From contig CBDCTZ010000009.1 of NCBI GenBank assembly GCA_965222375.1, positions 192,001-256,000 on the forward strand: a stretch of DNA of 64,000 bases, given 5' to 3'. Each line of letters starts with the position of its first letter. The first letter of the stretch is position 1. The notes under the pieces are model-generated. The model did no database searches. It was not told the origin of the DNA and saw nothing but the letters and a program-made list of their open reading frames with translations. This document shows positions 37,497 through 48,905 of this stretch, in pieces. The DNA is from Polyangiaceae bacterium (GTDB lineage: Bacteria > Myxococcota_A > Polyangia > Polyangiales > Polyangiaceae). The position numbers and the translations under genes are program-made.

Positions 37497-40400
37497 TCAG
37501 CTACAGCCCATGGAGTTGCCGCAATTGAGGCACTTGTAACATGCGCCGTTGCGGACCGTGATGTGCCCGCAGCCGTCGCAGATGGGCGCATCTCCCATCA
37601 TGTCTTCGAGCTGGGCGTCGAGGGCGCCTTGGGCGCTTGCCGTCTCCTTGGGCTTTTCCGCTAGGGCCGGAGGTCCTGGTGCCACACTGGTGGGGGGGGC
37701 TTCGATGGGAGTGGTGGTCGGATCCTCGATGTGGGCCGGCGCATCCTCGGATGGTTTGACCTGAGCGAAGTCGTATCGCCTCAAGTACTCCACACCGAGC
37801 ACTCGGAAGATGTAGTCCACGATGCTGGTCGAGAACTTGATGTTTGGATGGCCGGTCACCACGCCGTGGGGCTCGAAGCGAGTGAACGTGAATTGCTCGA
37901 CGTAGGTCTCCAAGGGCACGCCGTATTGCAGCCCGACGCTCACCGCCATGGCGAAGCAGTTCATCAGGGAGCGGAAGGCCGCACCCTCCTTGTGCATGTC
38001 TATGAAGATCTCACCTAGAGTGTTGTCTTCGTATTCACCGGTGCGGAGGAAGACCTTGTGGCCGCCCACTAGGGCCTCTTGGGTGAAGCCCGATCGCTTC
38101 TTGGGCAGGCGGACCCGGACGCCAGTGGGGCGCGACACGGGTGCGGGCTCGATGGCGGCCACGGCTTCGGGCTCTGGCTCACTTTCCTTTTCCTTGGACG
38201 ACGTTGACAGGGGCTGACTGGCCTTACAGCCGTCCCGGTACAAGGCAATGGCCTTGAGCCCTAGCCTCCAACCCTCTTCGTAGATCTCCCGAACGTCGGC
38301 GACGGTGGCTTCGTTGGGCAGGTTCACTGTCTTGCTGATGGCGCCCGACAAGAAAGGCTGGGCCGCCGCCATCATGCGAACATGGGCCATCGGGGCCAAG
38401 TAGCGCTGCCCGGTGCGGCCACAGCGATTGGCGCAGTCGAAGACCTGATAATGCTCTTCCTCGAGGTAGGGCGCACCTTCGATGGTCATCTTGCCGACGA
38501 TGACGTCGTTGGCCTCCAAGATCTCCTCGGCGGTGAAGCCCAGGTGGCGGAGCAAGTTGAAGCCGGGGCGGCTCATCTTCTCGGCGCTGATGCCGAGGCG
38601 CTCGTAGGCCTCTTTGCCGACGACCCAGGGTGCAAAGGCGAGCATCAAGTCGAAGACGCCCGGGATGGCTTGTTCCACCTTGTCGAGATCCGCATCCGTC
38701 AGCCCCTTGTCTTTGAGGGAGTTGCGGTTGATGTGGGGCGCCCCGAGCAGCGTGTTGGTACCCGACACGTAGGCCACGATCTCTCGGACCTGCGCTTCGG
38801 AGTAGCCGAGGCGCTTGAGCGCCGCCGGTACGGACTGGTTGACGATCTTGAAGTAACCGCCGCCAGCCAGCTTCTTGAACTTGACCAGGGCGAAGTCGGG
38901 CTCGATGCCGGTGGTGTCGCAGTCCATCAGCAGACCGATGGTGCCCGTGGGCGCAAGGACGGTGGCCTGAGCGTTGCGGTAGCCGTGCTGCTCGCCAAGC
39001 TCCACAGCCGTGTCCCAGTCTTCTGCTGCCGCCCGCCAGAGCGCCTCGGGGCATTCATCGCGGTGAATCGCGTAGGCCGCTTCTTGGTGCATGCGCATGA
39101 CCTTCAGCATGGGCTCACGATTCTTGGTAAAGCCTGCGAAGGGGCCCTTGGAGGCTGCGATCTTCGCGCTCTGGGCGTAGGCCTTGCCGCATAGGATAGC
39201 GGTGAGCGCACCGGCGATGGCTCGACCCTTTTCCGAGTCGTAGGGCACGCCGAGCAGCATCAACACGGTGCCGAGATTGGCGTAGCCCAAGCCCAGGGGA
39301 CGGAATTCGTGAGAATTCCGCGCGATGCCAGCGGTGGGGTAGCTCGAGAAATCAACGAGGATTTCTTGGGCTGTGAAGAAGATCTCGACGGCGTGGCGGT
39401 AGCCCTCGATGTCGAAGCTGTCGTCCTCCGACAAGAACTTCGTCAGGTTGAGAGACGCCAGGTTGCAGGCCGTGTCGTCGAGGAACATGTACTCGGAACA
39501 CGGATTGGACGCGTTGATTCGCCCGGAGTTCGGGCTGGTATGCCAGTTGTTGATGGTGGTGTCGTATTGCACACCCGGGTCCGCGCAGCCCCACGCGCTT
39601 TCGGCGACCATGGTCCACAGCTCTCCCGCATCCAGGGTGTCCACGACCTCTCCCGTGGTCCGGGCAGTGGTGTGCCAGTTGCCGCCCGACAGGGCTGCCT
39701 TCATGAAGTCGTCGGAGACACGAACGGAGTTGTTCGAGTTCTGTCCACTGACCGTGCGGTAGGCTTCACCGTTGAAGTCGTGCTCGTAGCCGGCCGCGAT
39801 CAGCGCCTTGGCCTTCTTCTCTTCGCGCACCTTCCATTGGACGAAGTCCACGATCTCGGGATGGTCCATGTCCAGGCAGACCATCTTGGCCGCCCGCCGC
39901 GTGGTGCCACCGCTCTTCGTTGCGCCTGCGGCCCGATCGAAGACCTCCAAGAAACTCATCAGGCCGCTCGACGTGCCGCCCCCGGAGAGTTTTTCCTGCT
40001 TGCCGCGAATACGACTGAAGTTGCTGCCGGTGCCGGACCCGTATTTGAACAGCCGGGCCTCGGACTTCACCAGCTCGTAGATCCCCATCAGATCGTCGTC
40101 GACGTTCTGGATGAAACAAGCCGAGCACTGGGGGCGCGAGTAAGCGTTGGGGGTCTCGGTGACGTCCCCCTGGGCTTCATCCCAGGCCCAATTGCCACCC
40201 GAGCCCTCGATTCCGTACTCGTGGAACAGCCCGCAATTGAACCAGACCGGCGAGTTGAATGCGCCGTATTGGTTGACCATCAAGAAGGACAGCTCGGCTT
40301 CGAAGTTGTCGGCGTGCTGCTTGCTGGCGAAGTAGCCGCCCATCCGCTCGCCCGCGACGCGGATGGTGTGGGCAATGCGGTGCACGACCTCCCGCACGCT

Positions 40401-40715
40401 GGTTTCTCCCCGCGTGCTGTCGCCGTGAATCCCTGCCTTGCGGAAGTACTTGCTGACGACGATATCCGTCGCGAGTTGAGACCATTCTGCTGGGATTTCA
40501 GCGCCTTCCATCTTGAAGACGACCGAACCGTCAGGGTTCGTGATGACGCTCTTGCGCAGCTCCCAATTGATACCTTCGAAGCCGGTTTCGCCTGGTTGGG
40601 TGAAGCGTCGTTCGAAGCGAACCCCCCCCGTGAGGCGCGCCGAGCTGCTTTCCGGCTGCTCTGCCGGGCTGGTCTTCACTGAACTCTCTTGACTCACGAT
40701 CGTCGACTGCGCCAT
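37497..40715 (-). CDS. nrdJ: Class II (B12-dependent) ribonucleotide reductase
   Basis: [48 protein letters not shown] domain, C-terminal [13 protein letters not shown]. Confidence 0.96.
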   Translation of the reverse strand: MAQSTIVSQESSVKTSPAEQPESSSARLTGGVRFERRFTQPGETGFEGINWELRKSVITNPDGSVVFKMEGAEIPAEWSQLATDIVVSKYFRKAGIHGDSTRGETSVREVVHRIAHTIRVAGERMGGYFASKQHADNFEAELSFLMVNQYGAFNSPVWFNCGLFHEYGIEGSGGNWAWDEAQGDVTETPNAYSRPQCSACFIQNVDDDLMGIYELVKSEARLFKYGSGTGSNFSRIRGKQEKLSGGGTSSGLMSFLEVFDRAAGATKSGGTTRRAAKMVCLDMDHPEIVDFVQWKVREEKKAKALIAAGYEHDFNGEAYRTVSGQNSNNSVRVSDDFMKAALSGGNWHTTARTTGEVVDTLDAGELWTMVAESAWGCADPGVQYDTTINNWHTSPNSGRINASNPCSEYMFLDDTACNLASLNLTKFLSEDDSFDIEGYRHAVEIFFTAQEILVDFSSYPTAGIARNSHEFRPLGLGYANLGTVLMLLGVPYDSEKGRAIAGALTAILCGKAYAQSAKIAASKGPFAGFTKNREPMLKVMRMHQEAAYAIHRDECPEALWRAAAEDWDTAVELGEQHGYRNAQATVLAPTGTIGLLMDCDTTGIEPDFALVKFKKLAGGGYFKIVNQSVPAALKRLGYSEAQVREIVAYVSGTNTLLGAPHINRNSLKDKGLTDADLDKVEQAIPGVFDLMLAFAPWVVGKEAYERLGISAEKMSRPGFNLLRHLGFTAEEILEANDVIVGKMTIEGAPYLEEEHYQVFDCANRCGRTGQRYLAPMAHVRMMAAAQPFLSGAISKTVNLPNEATVADVREIYEEGWRLGLKAIALYRDGCKASQPLSTSSKEKESEPEPEAVAAIEPAPVSRPTGVRVRLPKKRSGFTQEALVGGHKVFLRTGEYEDNTLGEIFIDMHKEGAAFRSLMNCFAMAVSVGLQYGVPLETYVEQFTFTRFEPHGVVTGHPNIKFSTSIVDYIFRVLGVEYLRRYDFAQVKPSEDAPAHIEDPTTTPIEAPPTSVAPGPPALAEKPKETASAQGALDAQLEDMMGDAPICDGCGHITVRNGACYKCLNCGNSMGCS

Positions 40716-41016
40716 CCCTCTCTCCTTCAACTTCTGTTCGTGCTGCGGCATCGCTCACTCATTTGCGTGAGGCATAGCTGCGCCTCACCAGGCAAAAACA
40801 ACCCACTACTCTTTCGGGACCTCCCCGAAGAGCGCCTCACCTTGGTGTGAGGTACCCCCTAAGCCATCAAGTCGTTTGCGCGGTTTCAGTTGCCGCGCGC
40901 GCCCTCCAGAGGAGCGCTTCAGAAGGACTGACTATTCGTTCAGAAACACGCTCACTATAGGCAACTCACTGCTCCCACGGGCAGGCGTGGGTGTTCAGTG
41001 AGGGGTACGGTTAATA

Positions 41017-41063
41017 CCCCAAGGCCTTGGGGAGGGGCAACAAAAAACCACTACAAATTGGGA
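41017..41063. promoter_or_regulatory. Tandem NrdR-like boxes upstream of nrdJ
   Basis: CCCCAAGGCCTTGGGG (41017-41032) and CCACTACAAATTGGGA (41048-41063) fit the Cw A...Tw G palindrome of NrdR boxes and start 31 bp apart. Confidence 0.65.
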
Positions 41064-41206
41064 GACCTTATCTAACTGTCGGTAGCTACTGAACTTTCGC
41101 GACGCTGAACACATATTACCCACCGCAAGCCAACGCTTTGTTCACAAGCTTTCCACTCCGCTGATGCCGACGGAGTGCGGGCGCCAGTCGAGAAACCTCG
41201 GAGCGT

Positions 41207-42655
41207 TCAGTGCGCGCCTGCTGCCTGGGTGCGAGGCAGCTGCTTTTGGATGGAAAAGTCCGACGCCGGGTCATGCACGCTGACCGGGGCGAAGCGCTGC
41301 AGCGAGGGCGCTAGAGACTTGGCGTCCCCGGCCACGCTGAGCACCCATGTCTTGCGTGCGAGGTGCGTCGCCAGGGCGGCGTCCAATGCGGCTACCGGGG
41401 CTCGCCGCGCTCGGCCGCGATCCGCGTCGAAGCTCAGTGGGTCGAGTCCTGCTCCGAGCAGCTCGCCGTGGCTTCGAGCAACGCCAACGGCGCTATCCAA
41501 TTCGAGAAGCGGTGCGTCGGCCGCGCGCACTCGCGCAGCTAGCCATTTTGGCGATCTCCCTGGCCGCTTGGAGAGCACGGCGTTGGCCCAGGCCGTCAGC
41601 TCCGGCGGCGCTGCGCTGACGGACCACGCGAGCAATTCGGGTCCGTTGCGAAAGCGTTGGCCGGCCCAAGTCGCTCGACGGTTGCCCCAGTCCTCAATCG
41701 CAAACCAGGCCGCCCGGGCCAAGGCGGCGCGGGGATCGTCGGTGGCCGGGCCAAGGGTTCCCAAGATCCCGACCGCCCGAGCGGCGCCGGGGTGGTCGAC
41801 CAAGACGATGCGCAGCGCGGTGGGTTGGAGCGGACTCGGCACTCGCGCGGGCTTGGGCACTGAACGCGGCGCCGCTGTTGTCGAGCCAAGGGCGGCAGCC
41901 TGGACCGCGCCGGCTATCACCACGCGGGCTTGCTTGGGATCCAGGCCCCGGCTCGCGAGGGCGGCCACTTTCTGCGCCGACGCACCATCCAGGGTTCGCG
42001 TTGGCGCGAGCAGGTTGGCGTAGGGGTGGCGCTCAGTCGGCAGTTCGAACAACTCTCGTAGCAGCGCGGCTCGTGCGGTCAGATCCGCAGATGCCAGTTG
42101 GGCGCGCATGCGCCGCTGAGCGAACCGGCGCGACTGACTCAATTCGGCCGCTGAGGGCGCGCGGACGAATCGCTCCAGCAGTTCGACGACGACCTTGGCA
42201 TGCTGCGCGGGAGCGTGAACGCGCACGATCAGATGCTCCACATCGCTGTGGGCGCGGACCTCCGCGCCCACAGCACCGAACTCTTTCCCCAAGGGTTGCT
42301 TGGCTCGCAGTCGTCGCGTCAGGGTTGCGGCGACCCACTGACTTGCACCACGCACCGGACCGTCTTGGACTGAGCCGAGCGCGGCGCGCCACTCGATGGC
42401 CACCAGGGTGGAGGTCGCCAACTCCACCACGCTGGCCGCCGCTCCAGACTGGAGCAGGACTGGCGAGCCCAGTGGCAACCCTTCGTCTGGCGCGATGCCC
42501 GGGGCCGGAGCGTCCGTGCTCACGCTGTCGGTTCTTTGCGTCGGCGTCGGCGCGGGCATGGTGCTCGGCGCTTCTGGGGGAAGATTCGGCGCGGCGGGTT
42601 GCGTAGCGCCGCATGCCACCACGAGCCACGCGGCCACGCACGCTCTGCCTTTCAC
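41207..42655 (-). CDS. Degenerate M16 (insulinase)-like lipoprotein
   Basis: LVVAC lipobox; HPYAN, A.VVIAGAV, RIVLVDHPGA, LSVAGD; no HxxEH. Confidence 0.55.
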   Translation of the reverse strand: MKGRACVAAWLVVACGATQPAAPNLPPEAPSTMPAPTPTQRTDSVSTDAPAPGIAPDEGLPLGSPVLLQSGAAASVVELATSTLVAIEWRAALGSVQDGPVRGASQWVAATLTRRLRAKQPLGKEFGAVGAEVRAHSDVEHLIVRVHAPAQHAKVVVELLERFVRAPSAAELSQSRRFAQRRMRAQLASADLTARAALLRELFELPTERHPYANLLAPTRTLDGASAQKVAALASRGLDPKQARVVIAGAVQAAALGSTTAAPRSVPKPARVPSPLQPTALRIVLVDHPGAARAVGILGTLGPATDDPRAALARAAWFAIEDWGNRRATWAGQRFRNGPELLAWSVSAAPPELTAWANAVLSKRPGRSPKWLAARVRAADAPLLELDSAVGVARSHGELLGAGLDPLSFDADRGRARRAPVAALDAALATHLARKTWVLSVAGDAKSLAPSLQRFAPVSVHDPASDFSIQKQLPRTQAAGAH

Positions 42656-43695
42656 GACGCACCGCCGCTCAGCCACGTGCTGCCTTCGAGCGCCAGGGCG
42701 CCGGTCGCGATCCGACTCAGGGAACTCGCCTCGACGGTGGACACGAGCTGCAGGTGTTGCAGGACTCGACGGGGCCTTTTTTCGCCTTCGATGCCGTCCA
42801 GCAGGGCGCTGGCGAGACCAACGTGATGGTCAAGCTGCTGACGGATCCGACGCTCGCTGTTGGCCGCCGCGCGCCGGACCTCCGCAGGCACTAGCCGCGC
42901 CAGCGTCGCGAGCTCGCGCTTCAGCGCCAGGCGCAGCGCCTTGGGTTCTGAGCCTCGAATGCGCAAGAACACCGAGCGGCTCTCGCTGCCCGGCCGCGCC
43001 TGCACGCCGGGCAGTTTGGATAGCGCTTCCGCCAGCCAGGTGGTGGCGAGTTCGAGGGCCGCCCGCTCGGGCGATCCACGGCGTGGAGCTTTCCAGCCGA
43101 CCACGTGCCCGCCCCAAGCTGGACGGTACGCTGGACCAGGTGGCGCTCGCTGCGCAGTCGGCTCCGCGCTTGCGATACTGCGGAGGCTTTTGGCGACCTC
43201 GTCGACATCCATGTCGCCGACGACGGCGATGGCGTAGGGCGCATGAGTTTTCGATGCGGGCGCCGCAGCCCGGTACATGCGGGCATGAAGTTCGGAGGCG
43301 ACCGAAGGCGCTACGGGGATCTCAGCGCGAGGAGATTTGGAAGTGAACAGCCAAGCGACGGTCAACGATTCGTGGGCGGGCGCGCGCACGCACAGTTGAA
43401 TGAAGGCGCCGTGGTGGCGGAGTTCGAAATCGCCACCGCGGGATCGCACGACCTCTTTGGCGCCGATGGGTAGCCTGGGTGAGTGTCGGTAGCGAGCGCA
43501 AAGCCCGAGGGTTGGCGCTCGACCCCGGCGTAGCAGGACCAACGCCGCGCTGCTGTCCGCGGTGGTCGTGGACAGCCCCACCCACTTGGGCCTGGCGTTT
43601 GGGCTCGCGTGGACCGTGGAGGCGATCGCGGTGACGATGACCAGCCCCAGCACAGCAGCAGCGAGCCGAAGGGAGCCGTTCACGTTTTCTGCCAT
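42652..43695 (-). CDS. Degenerate M16 peptidase-like secreted protein
   Basis: AIAVVGDMD, VVGWKAP...ERAALEL; GTGA overlap with the downstream gene. Confidence 0.5.
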   Translation of the reverse strand: MAENVNGSLRLAAAVLGLVIVTAIASTVHASPNARPKWVGLSTTTADSSAALVLLRRGRAPTLGLCARYRHSPRLPIGAKEVVRSRGGDFELRHHGAFIQLCVRAPAHESLTVAWLFTSKSPRAEIPVAPSVASELHARMYRAAAPASKTHAPYAIAVVGDMDVDEVAKSLRSIASAEPTAQRAPPGPAYRPAWGGHVVGWKAPRRGSPERAALELATTWLAEALSKLPGVQARPGSESRSVFLRIRGSEPKALRLALKRELATLARLVPAEVRRAAANSERRIRQQLDHHVGLASALLDGIEGEKRPRRVLQHLQLVSTVEASSLSRIATGALALEGSTWLSGGAS

Positions 43696-43733
43696 ACCAC
43701 GTTGGCTCCGCGTTTCAGTGAAGAAGGTGTATC

Positions 43734-45317
43734 TTGCCAGCCGTGAGCGCATCACCCACCCGGGGAGTCATCGCCAGCGGCGACGTGCAATCGGCGGAGG
43801 CCGGCGCGAGCATCTTGGACGCCGGGGGCAACGCGGTGGACGCGGTGGTCGCCGCCGCGTTGGCGGCATTCGTATGTGAGCTTCCGCTGTGCGGGCCGCT
43901 TGGCGGCGCAGTGGCGACGGTGTGGCCGGCGCAAGGTGAGCCCATGTGCATGGATGCCTTCGCGCGTGCACCCGGCTTGGGCGGCACACCACCCGAGGCG
44001 TTGGATTTCGAAGACGTCGAAGTGGACTTCGGCGCAGCGACCCAAGTCTTCCATATCGGACGCGGTAGCGCTGCGGTGCCCCTGGCGATTTCCGGGTTGC
44101 TTCGGCTGCACGAAGAGTTCGGGCGGATGCCCTTGCCGGCGATCGCAGAGCCCGCGGTTGCTTTGGGGCGGACGGGTTACGTTCTGAGTGCCGGGATCGC
44201 CTTTGCGAACGAACTGCTCGAGCCGATCTTTTCACACACACCGGCGTGTCGCGAGTTGGTGTGTCGCGGACAGCAGTTGGCCAAGGCGGGTGAGCGCCTC
44301 GACAATGTGCGCCTTGCCGACACCCTCGAGGCGGTGTGTCGCGATCCCGCAATCGTTGCCGACTTGTATCGCGGCTTGGTCAAAGAGTTTGGCGTCGCCG
44401 CGGGCGGACGCATCGACGAGACCGACATTGCTCAGGCCGAGGTGGGGCTCCACACCCCGGTGCGCGTACCCTTCGGTCCCTTCCAAATCGCATCACCGCC
44501 GGCACCGTCCATGGGCGGAGTGCTTATCGCGCTGGGCGCGCGCTTGCTCGAGGGTGCCGCTGAAAATACGCGGGCACTCAGTGCCGCAGATGTGCTGCAG
44601 CTGGCGACGACGCAAGACAAGCTGCTGGCGCAGCGCAGCATTGACTTCGACTTGCGCATTCGGGAGCCCGAGTTCGTGCGTGCGCTACTGTCCGATGAAA
44701 ACGTCGCTGCCCTTCGCAACCTCGCCGCGACTGACCTCGTGCCCGACAATCCGCTGGGCTCGACGACACAGTTGAGTGTGATCGACCGGGACGGGCTAGC
44801 GGTGGCGCTGACGCTCACGAACGGTGAAGGCTGCGGCTACGTGCTGTCGGACACGGGCATCATCGTGAACAACCTGTTGGGCGAAGAGGACATCCATCCC
44901 CGCGGCTTCCACCACGACCCACCGGGCAGCAGCCTGTCCACGATGATGGCACCGACCGTGATTCGGCGTGCCGGGCAGTGCGTCGCAATGGGTAGCGGTG
45001 GCTCGAACCGGCTTCGCAATGCCATCTTGCAGGTGATCCACCTGCTCCTCGGCCACGGCCTGCAGCCCCAAGTGGCCGTGGAGGCGCCGCGCATCCACAT
45101 CGATCGGCATGCGGACGGTGGCGCGCGTGTCGCTTACGAGCGAGTGGGCATGAGCGAGGCCGCCGAGGCCGCGCTGATCGGCGCATTCCCCAAGGATCCC
45201 GTCGCCTTCGACGCTCGCAACATGTACTTCGGGGGGGTGCATGTGGCTCTGGTGAGAGATGGGCAATTGGAAGGGGGAGGGGATCCTCGTCGCGGCGGGT
45301 GCGTACGGGTGGTGTGA
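43734..45317 (+). CDS. ggt: Gamma-glutamyltransferase family protein
   Basis: GGNAVDA, GSTTQLSVID (Thr nucleophile), TMMAPT, GSGGS, DPRRGG. Confidence 0.9.
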   Translation: MPAVSASPTRGVIASGDVQSAEAGASILDAGGNAVDAVVAAALAAFVCELPLCGPLGGAVATVWPAQGEPMCMDAFARAPGLGGTPPEALDFEDVEVDFGAATQVFHIGRGSAAVPLAISGLLRLHEEFGRMPLPAIAEPAVALGRTGYVLSAGIAFANELLEPIFSHTPACRELVCRGQQLAKAGERLDNVRLADTLEAVCRDPAIVADLYRGLVKEFGVAAGGRIDETDIAQAEVGLHTPVRVPFGPFQIASPPAPSMGGVLIALGARLLEGAAENTRALSAADVLQLATTQDKLLAQRSIDFDLRIREPEFVRALLSDENVAALRNLAATDLVPDNPLGSTTQLSVIDRDGLAVALTLTNGEGCGYVLSDTGIIVNNLLGEEDIHPRGFHHDPPGSSLSTMMAPTVIRRAGQCVAMGSGGSNRLRNAILQVIHLLLGHGLQPQVAVEAPRIHIDRHADGGARVAYERVGMSEAAEAALIGAFPKDPVAFDARNMYFGGVHVALVRDGQLEGGGDPRRGGCVRVV

Positions 45318-45430
45318 GGCACCTCTGGCGTCCTCGTGCTATGCTCCTGTTCACCTACATTGTGGGATAAAGGAGAACCGCTTGAACGCGGAGCCGGGCT
45401 CTGTCACGCTCCGCCACCGTAAAAGGATCG

Positions 45431-47113
45431 ATGAGAACGCTCGGGGAGATCCAGCCCGGCCAGACGGTAGGGCGCTACGAGTTCCTCGTGCCCATCGCAC
45501 AGGGGGGCATGGCGGCCGTGTGGGCTGCACGTTTGAAGGGGTCTAGAGGCTTCTCCAAAACGGTGGCCGTCAAGACGATGCTGCCCACCATCAGCGACGA
45601 TCCGCACTTTGAACAGATGTTCCTGGACGAAGCGCAACTGTGCGCGCGCATTCGTCATCCAAATGTCGTCGAGATCCTCGACCTGGGTGAGCAAGACGAC
45701 CTGCTCTACCTGGTCATGGAGTGGGTGGACGGCGAACCACTGAGCTCCCTTCGGCGCGTCGCGGCCAAGGCGGAGGGCATTCCTCGGCCCGTGGCGGTGA
45801 AGATCGTTTCCGAAGCAGCGGCTGGGCTCCATGCGGCGCACGAATTGAAGGACGACTCCGGCGAAGCCGTCGGCCTGGTGCATCGCGACGTATCGCCGCA
45901 GAACCTGCTCATTACCTACGATGGCGTAGTCAAGATCGTGGATTTCGGCGTGGCCAAAGCCTCGGGGCGCACCGCTGAGAACACCAACGCCGGTCAGATC
46001 AAGGGCAAGCCGCCGTATATGTCGCCCGAGCAGGCCCTGGGCCGGGACATCGATCGGCGCAGCGACATTTTCGCCTTGGGCATCATCTTGTACCAGTTGA
46101 CCACTGGCAAGCACCCGTTTCGAGGTGAAACCGACGTCATCACGCTTCAGAACATCGTCTCGGATCGTCCGATCATTCCGCCGCGGGCTTACGACAAAGA
46201 CTACCCCAAGCCACTGGAAGCCGTGGTCATGCGGGCGCTCGAGCGCGACCCGGATGAGCGCTACCAAACTGCTGGGGAACTCGAGGGCGCTCTAGATCGC
46301 GTATTCCCGCCGAGCGTCGGACGGGTGCGTGCGGAGGATGTTGGCAAATTTGCTTCGTCACTGCTTGGCACCCGTGGAGAAGAACGCCGCGCCGCCCTGA
46401 AGGAGGCGATTCGCCAAGCGGACGAGCGTGCCCGCGCGAAAGATTCCCAGCCTGCCATGGGCGGAGAACTGGGCACCACGGTGGCGCCGATGCCGAGCTC
46501 GCCCTTCATGGCGTCGGCACCGACGCATACGCCCCTCAGTGGGCCGGACCGCCTCTCACAACCCAGCCTCTCTGACATCACCGGCGCGCCGCTGAGTTCT
46601 CCGGAAACGCCCTTCGGAACCCAAACGCCGTCTGCCCCGCCTCTGCAGAAGAAGAGCAGTGGCGTGATTTGGATCGTCGCCGGCCTGATGGTGTTCGCAG
46701 GGCTGGTCGGTGGCGCACTGTTCTTCACTCGATCCCTGCTGGCCGACAGCGCGGCTGCGACGGCCCCGGAGTCCGCACCGGAGTTGCCTCCGGCGGAAGC
46801 GACCACGGAAGAGCCCCCGGCCGAGGCGACGACTGCGCCAACCGAAGAAGGGCCCGGGCAAGAGACCGTGGATCTGGCGGATCTGGCGGTCGAGAAAGCC
46901 AAGCCCACCGCGAGCCGGCCGGCCAGCAAAGCCAAGCCCAGCGTCAAGTCCAAGCCCGCCGCAAAGCCGACGGGCAAAGCCAAGCCGAGCGCAAAGCCAA
47001 ATCCCAAGACCTCCGATCCCAAGAAGCCGCCAGAGACCAAGCCGAAGCCAAAACCCACGCCCAAGCCCGGCACGGACTTCGTGCCGCCGCCAGTTACGGA
47101 TCCGGGCTTCTGA
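45431..47113 (+). CDS. Membrane-anchored Hanks-type Ser/Thr protein kinase
   Basis: GGMAAVW, VAVK, VHRDVSPQN, DFGVAK, YMSPEQ; TM helix and Pro/Lys-rich tail. Confidence 0.95.
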   Translation: MRTLGEIQPGQTVGRYEFLVPIAQGGMAAVWAARLKGSRGFSKTVAVKTMLPTISDDPHFEQMFLDEAQLCARIRHPNVVEILDLGEQDDLLYLVMEWVDGEPLSSLRRVAAKAEGIPRPVAVKIVSEAAAGLHAAHELKDDSGEAVGLVHRDVSPQNLLITYDGVVKIVDFGVAKASGRTAENTNAGQIKGKPPYMSPEQALGRDIDRRSDIFALGIILYQLTTGKHPFRGETDVITLQNIVSDRPIIPPRAYDKDYPKPLEAVVMRALERDPDERYQTAGELEGALDRVFPPSVGRVRAEDVGKFASSLLGTRGEERRAALKEAIRQADERARAKDSQPAMGGELGTTVAPMPSSPFMASAPTHTPLSGPDRLSQPSLSDITGAPLSSPETPFGTQTPSAPPLQKKSSGVIWIVAGLMVFAGLVGGALFFTRSLLADSAAATAPESAPELPPAEATTEEPPAEATTAPTEEGPGQETVDLADLAVEKAKPTASRPASKAKPSVKSKPAAKPTGKAKPSAKPNPKTSDPKKPPETKPKPKPTPKPGTDFVPPPVTDPGF

Positions 47114-48721
47114 TCAATTCCAGCGCTCCCATTCGTCCAGGTAGTAGGAAACCAAAGCTTGGGTTTCCAAGCGGTTGTGACGCACGCTGACCGCTTCCAT
47201 GTCAGGCGGGAAGGCGAACAGGGCCCGCATGGCCTCGTCGTTTAGGAAGCGCAAGCTGAGTTTCGGTCCGCTCTTCGGTGGTTCGAAGCTGGAGTGCTTG
47301 GCGAGCACGAACCCCCAGTCTCCAAAGGATGGCACGAAGGCATGGTAGGGCGCAGTGCTGAGCCCTGCTCGACTCAGGGTCGCAGCGATGCACCAGAACG
47401 ACTTGCGAGCGAAGAAGGGAGACGTGGACTGCACCACCAGCGCGCCCCCAGGCGAAAGAAGCCGCTTCGTCTTCCTGTACATCTCTACGCTGTACAGCTT
47501 GCCTAGGGAGTAGTTACTCGGATCGGGAAAGTCCAAGATGATGACGTCGTAGTGTTGCTTCAGCGCGCCGAAGCGGATAAAGGCATCGCTGTTGTCGATC
47601 TGCACGCGTGGATCAGCGAGAGCGCCGCGGTTCGCGCGGCTCAGACGGTGACTCTCTTTGCCCAGCCGGGTCATCGCGGGGTCGAGATCGACGACCCGCA
47701 CATGCTCGACCCCCGGCCACTTCAGGACCTCTCGCACGGCGAGCCCGTCGCCGCCGCCGCCCACCAGGACTCGTCCACGCCTTTCGGCGCTCTGCATAGC
47801 AGGGTGGACCAGCGCTTCGTGGTAGCGGTGCTCGTCGTCTGACGAAAACTGAAGGTTGCCATTGAGGTAGAGTTGGAAGTTCTCGCCCCGCTCGGTCACG
47901 ACAATGCGCTGATAGCGGGACTGCTCCGCGCGGACGACTTTGCCCGCGTACAGCTCTGCTTCCGTGAGCTCGACAAAGCGATTGGACTGCAGGAAGGCGA
48001 GGCCGAGCAGGGTGCAGACCACGATGGCTCTCACCCGAGCTCCGACCATGACACGTCCGCCTGCTTGGGGAGCCAATACCCAAGTGGACGCTAGGCCCAC
48101 CAGGCCGTTGATCAGCCCGCAGATCAAAGACGCGCGGGTCAACCCGAGCTGTGGCAACAGCACGAGAGAAAACCCGACGGAGCCGAGCAAGGCCCCGGCG
48201 TAGTCGAAGGTCAGTGCCCGGGCCACGAGCTGCTTGAACTCCAGCTTGTCCCGGAGAATCCGCATCAGCAGGGGAAGCTCGAGGCCAACCAGAACCCCCA
48301 CCAACAGCACCGTGCCGTAGAGGACGAGATTGAAGGACGCAGTGAAGCCGTGGGCGACGTAGAGCAGCGGCGCCGAAAGCCCTCCGACCAGCGCCGTGGC
48401 GAGCTCTACGTCGACAAAGCGTAACTCGAGGTGCCGATCGATGAAGCTCGATAGGTAGGCGCCCAGCCCCAAGGCCGACAGGTACACCCCGATGATCAGC
48501 GAGAACTGTCGAACCGAGTCGCCGAGCAGATAGCTCGCGACGGCGGCCATGCACAGCTCGTAGACGAGGCCTGCGGTCGCGATGATGAGCACCATCGCCA
48601 ACAGGACGCCCGGCCGAGCGCCCTTTTGTCGTGGACGCCACGCAGGAGGCAATGCCTGCGAAGACGCTGGTGTTTGCCCATCAGCCGCCGATGGCGGCGG
48701 CGATGATGATGCTGAGGCCAA
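47114..48721 (-). CDS. speE: Membrane-fused polyamine aminopropyltransferase (spermidine synthase-like)
   Basis: About 7 TM helices followed by SRYQRI, LYLNGNLQF, YHEALVHP, GGGDG, DVIILDFPDP. Confidence 0.88.
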   Translation of the reverse strand: MASASSSPPPSAADGQTPASSQALPPAWRPRQKGARPGVLLAMVLIIATAGLVYELCMAAVASYLLGDSVRQFSLIIGVYLSALGLGAYLSSFIDRHLELRFVDVELATALVGGLSAPLLYVAHGFTASFNLVLYGTVLLVGVLVGLELPLLMRILRDKLEFKQLVARALTFDYAGALLGSVGFSLVLLPQLGLTRASLICGLINGLVGLASTWVLAPQAGGRVMVGARVRAIVVCTLLGLAFLQSNRFVELTEAELYAGKVVRAEQSRYQRIVVTERGENFQLYLNGNLQFSSDDEHRYHEALVHPAMQSAERRGRVLVGGGGDGLAVREVLKWPGVEHVRVVDLDPAMTRLGKESHRLSRANRGALADPRVQIDNSDAFIRFGALKQHYDVIILDFPDPSNYSLGKLYSVEMYRKTKRLLSPGGALVVQSTSPFFARKSFWCIAATLSRAGLSTAPYHAFVPSFGDWGFVLAKHSSFEPPKSGPKLSLRFLNDEAMRALFAFPPDMEAVSVRHNRLETQALVSYYLDEWERWN

Positions 48722-48905
48722 GGATCACGGAACCAATCATGATCGCGAGGGCGGTGTTCTGGTCCTCCTCAATCTCTTTCCTCAGGGAGAACGGTGTGAT
48801 CATTTTGATCACCAAGAAGCTCAACGCAAACATCACGATGCCGATCAGCGAATAGACGATCGACGCGACGAGAGCCTTTGCGAACGGTGCCCAATTGATA
48901 TCCAT
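48681..48905 (-). CDS. DUF350-family small membrane protein
   Basis: ITPFSLRKEIEEDQNTALAIMIGSVILGLSIIIAAAI. Confidence 0.85.
   Translation of the reverse strand: MDINWAPFAKALVASIVYSLIGIVMFALSFLVIKMITPFSLRKEIEEDQNTALAIMIGSVILGLSIIIAAAIGG

Noticed and set aside
37497..41170. Intein in nrdJ or a cobalamin riboswitch upstream
   Set aside because: Catalytic motifs are contiguous with no intein splice motifs seen, and I could not identify a B12-box in the leader.
46895..47075. AAGCC-rich repeats in the kinase 3' end
   Set aside because: Ordinary Pro/Lys low-complexity coding tail typical of myxobacterial kinases.
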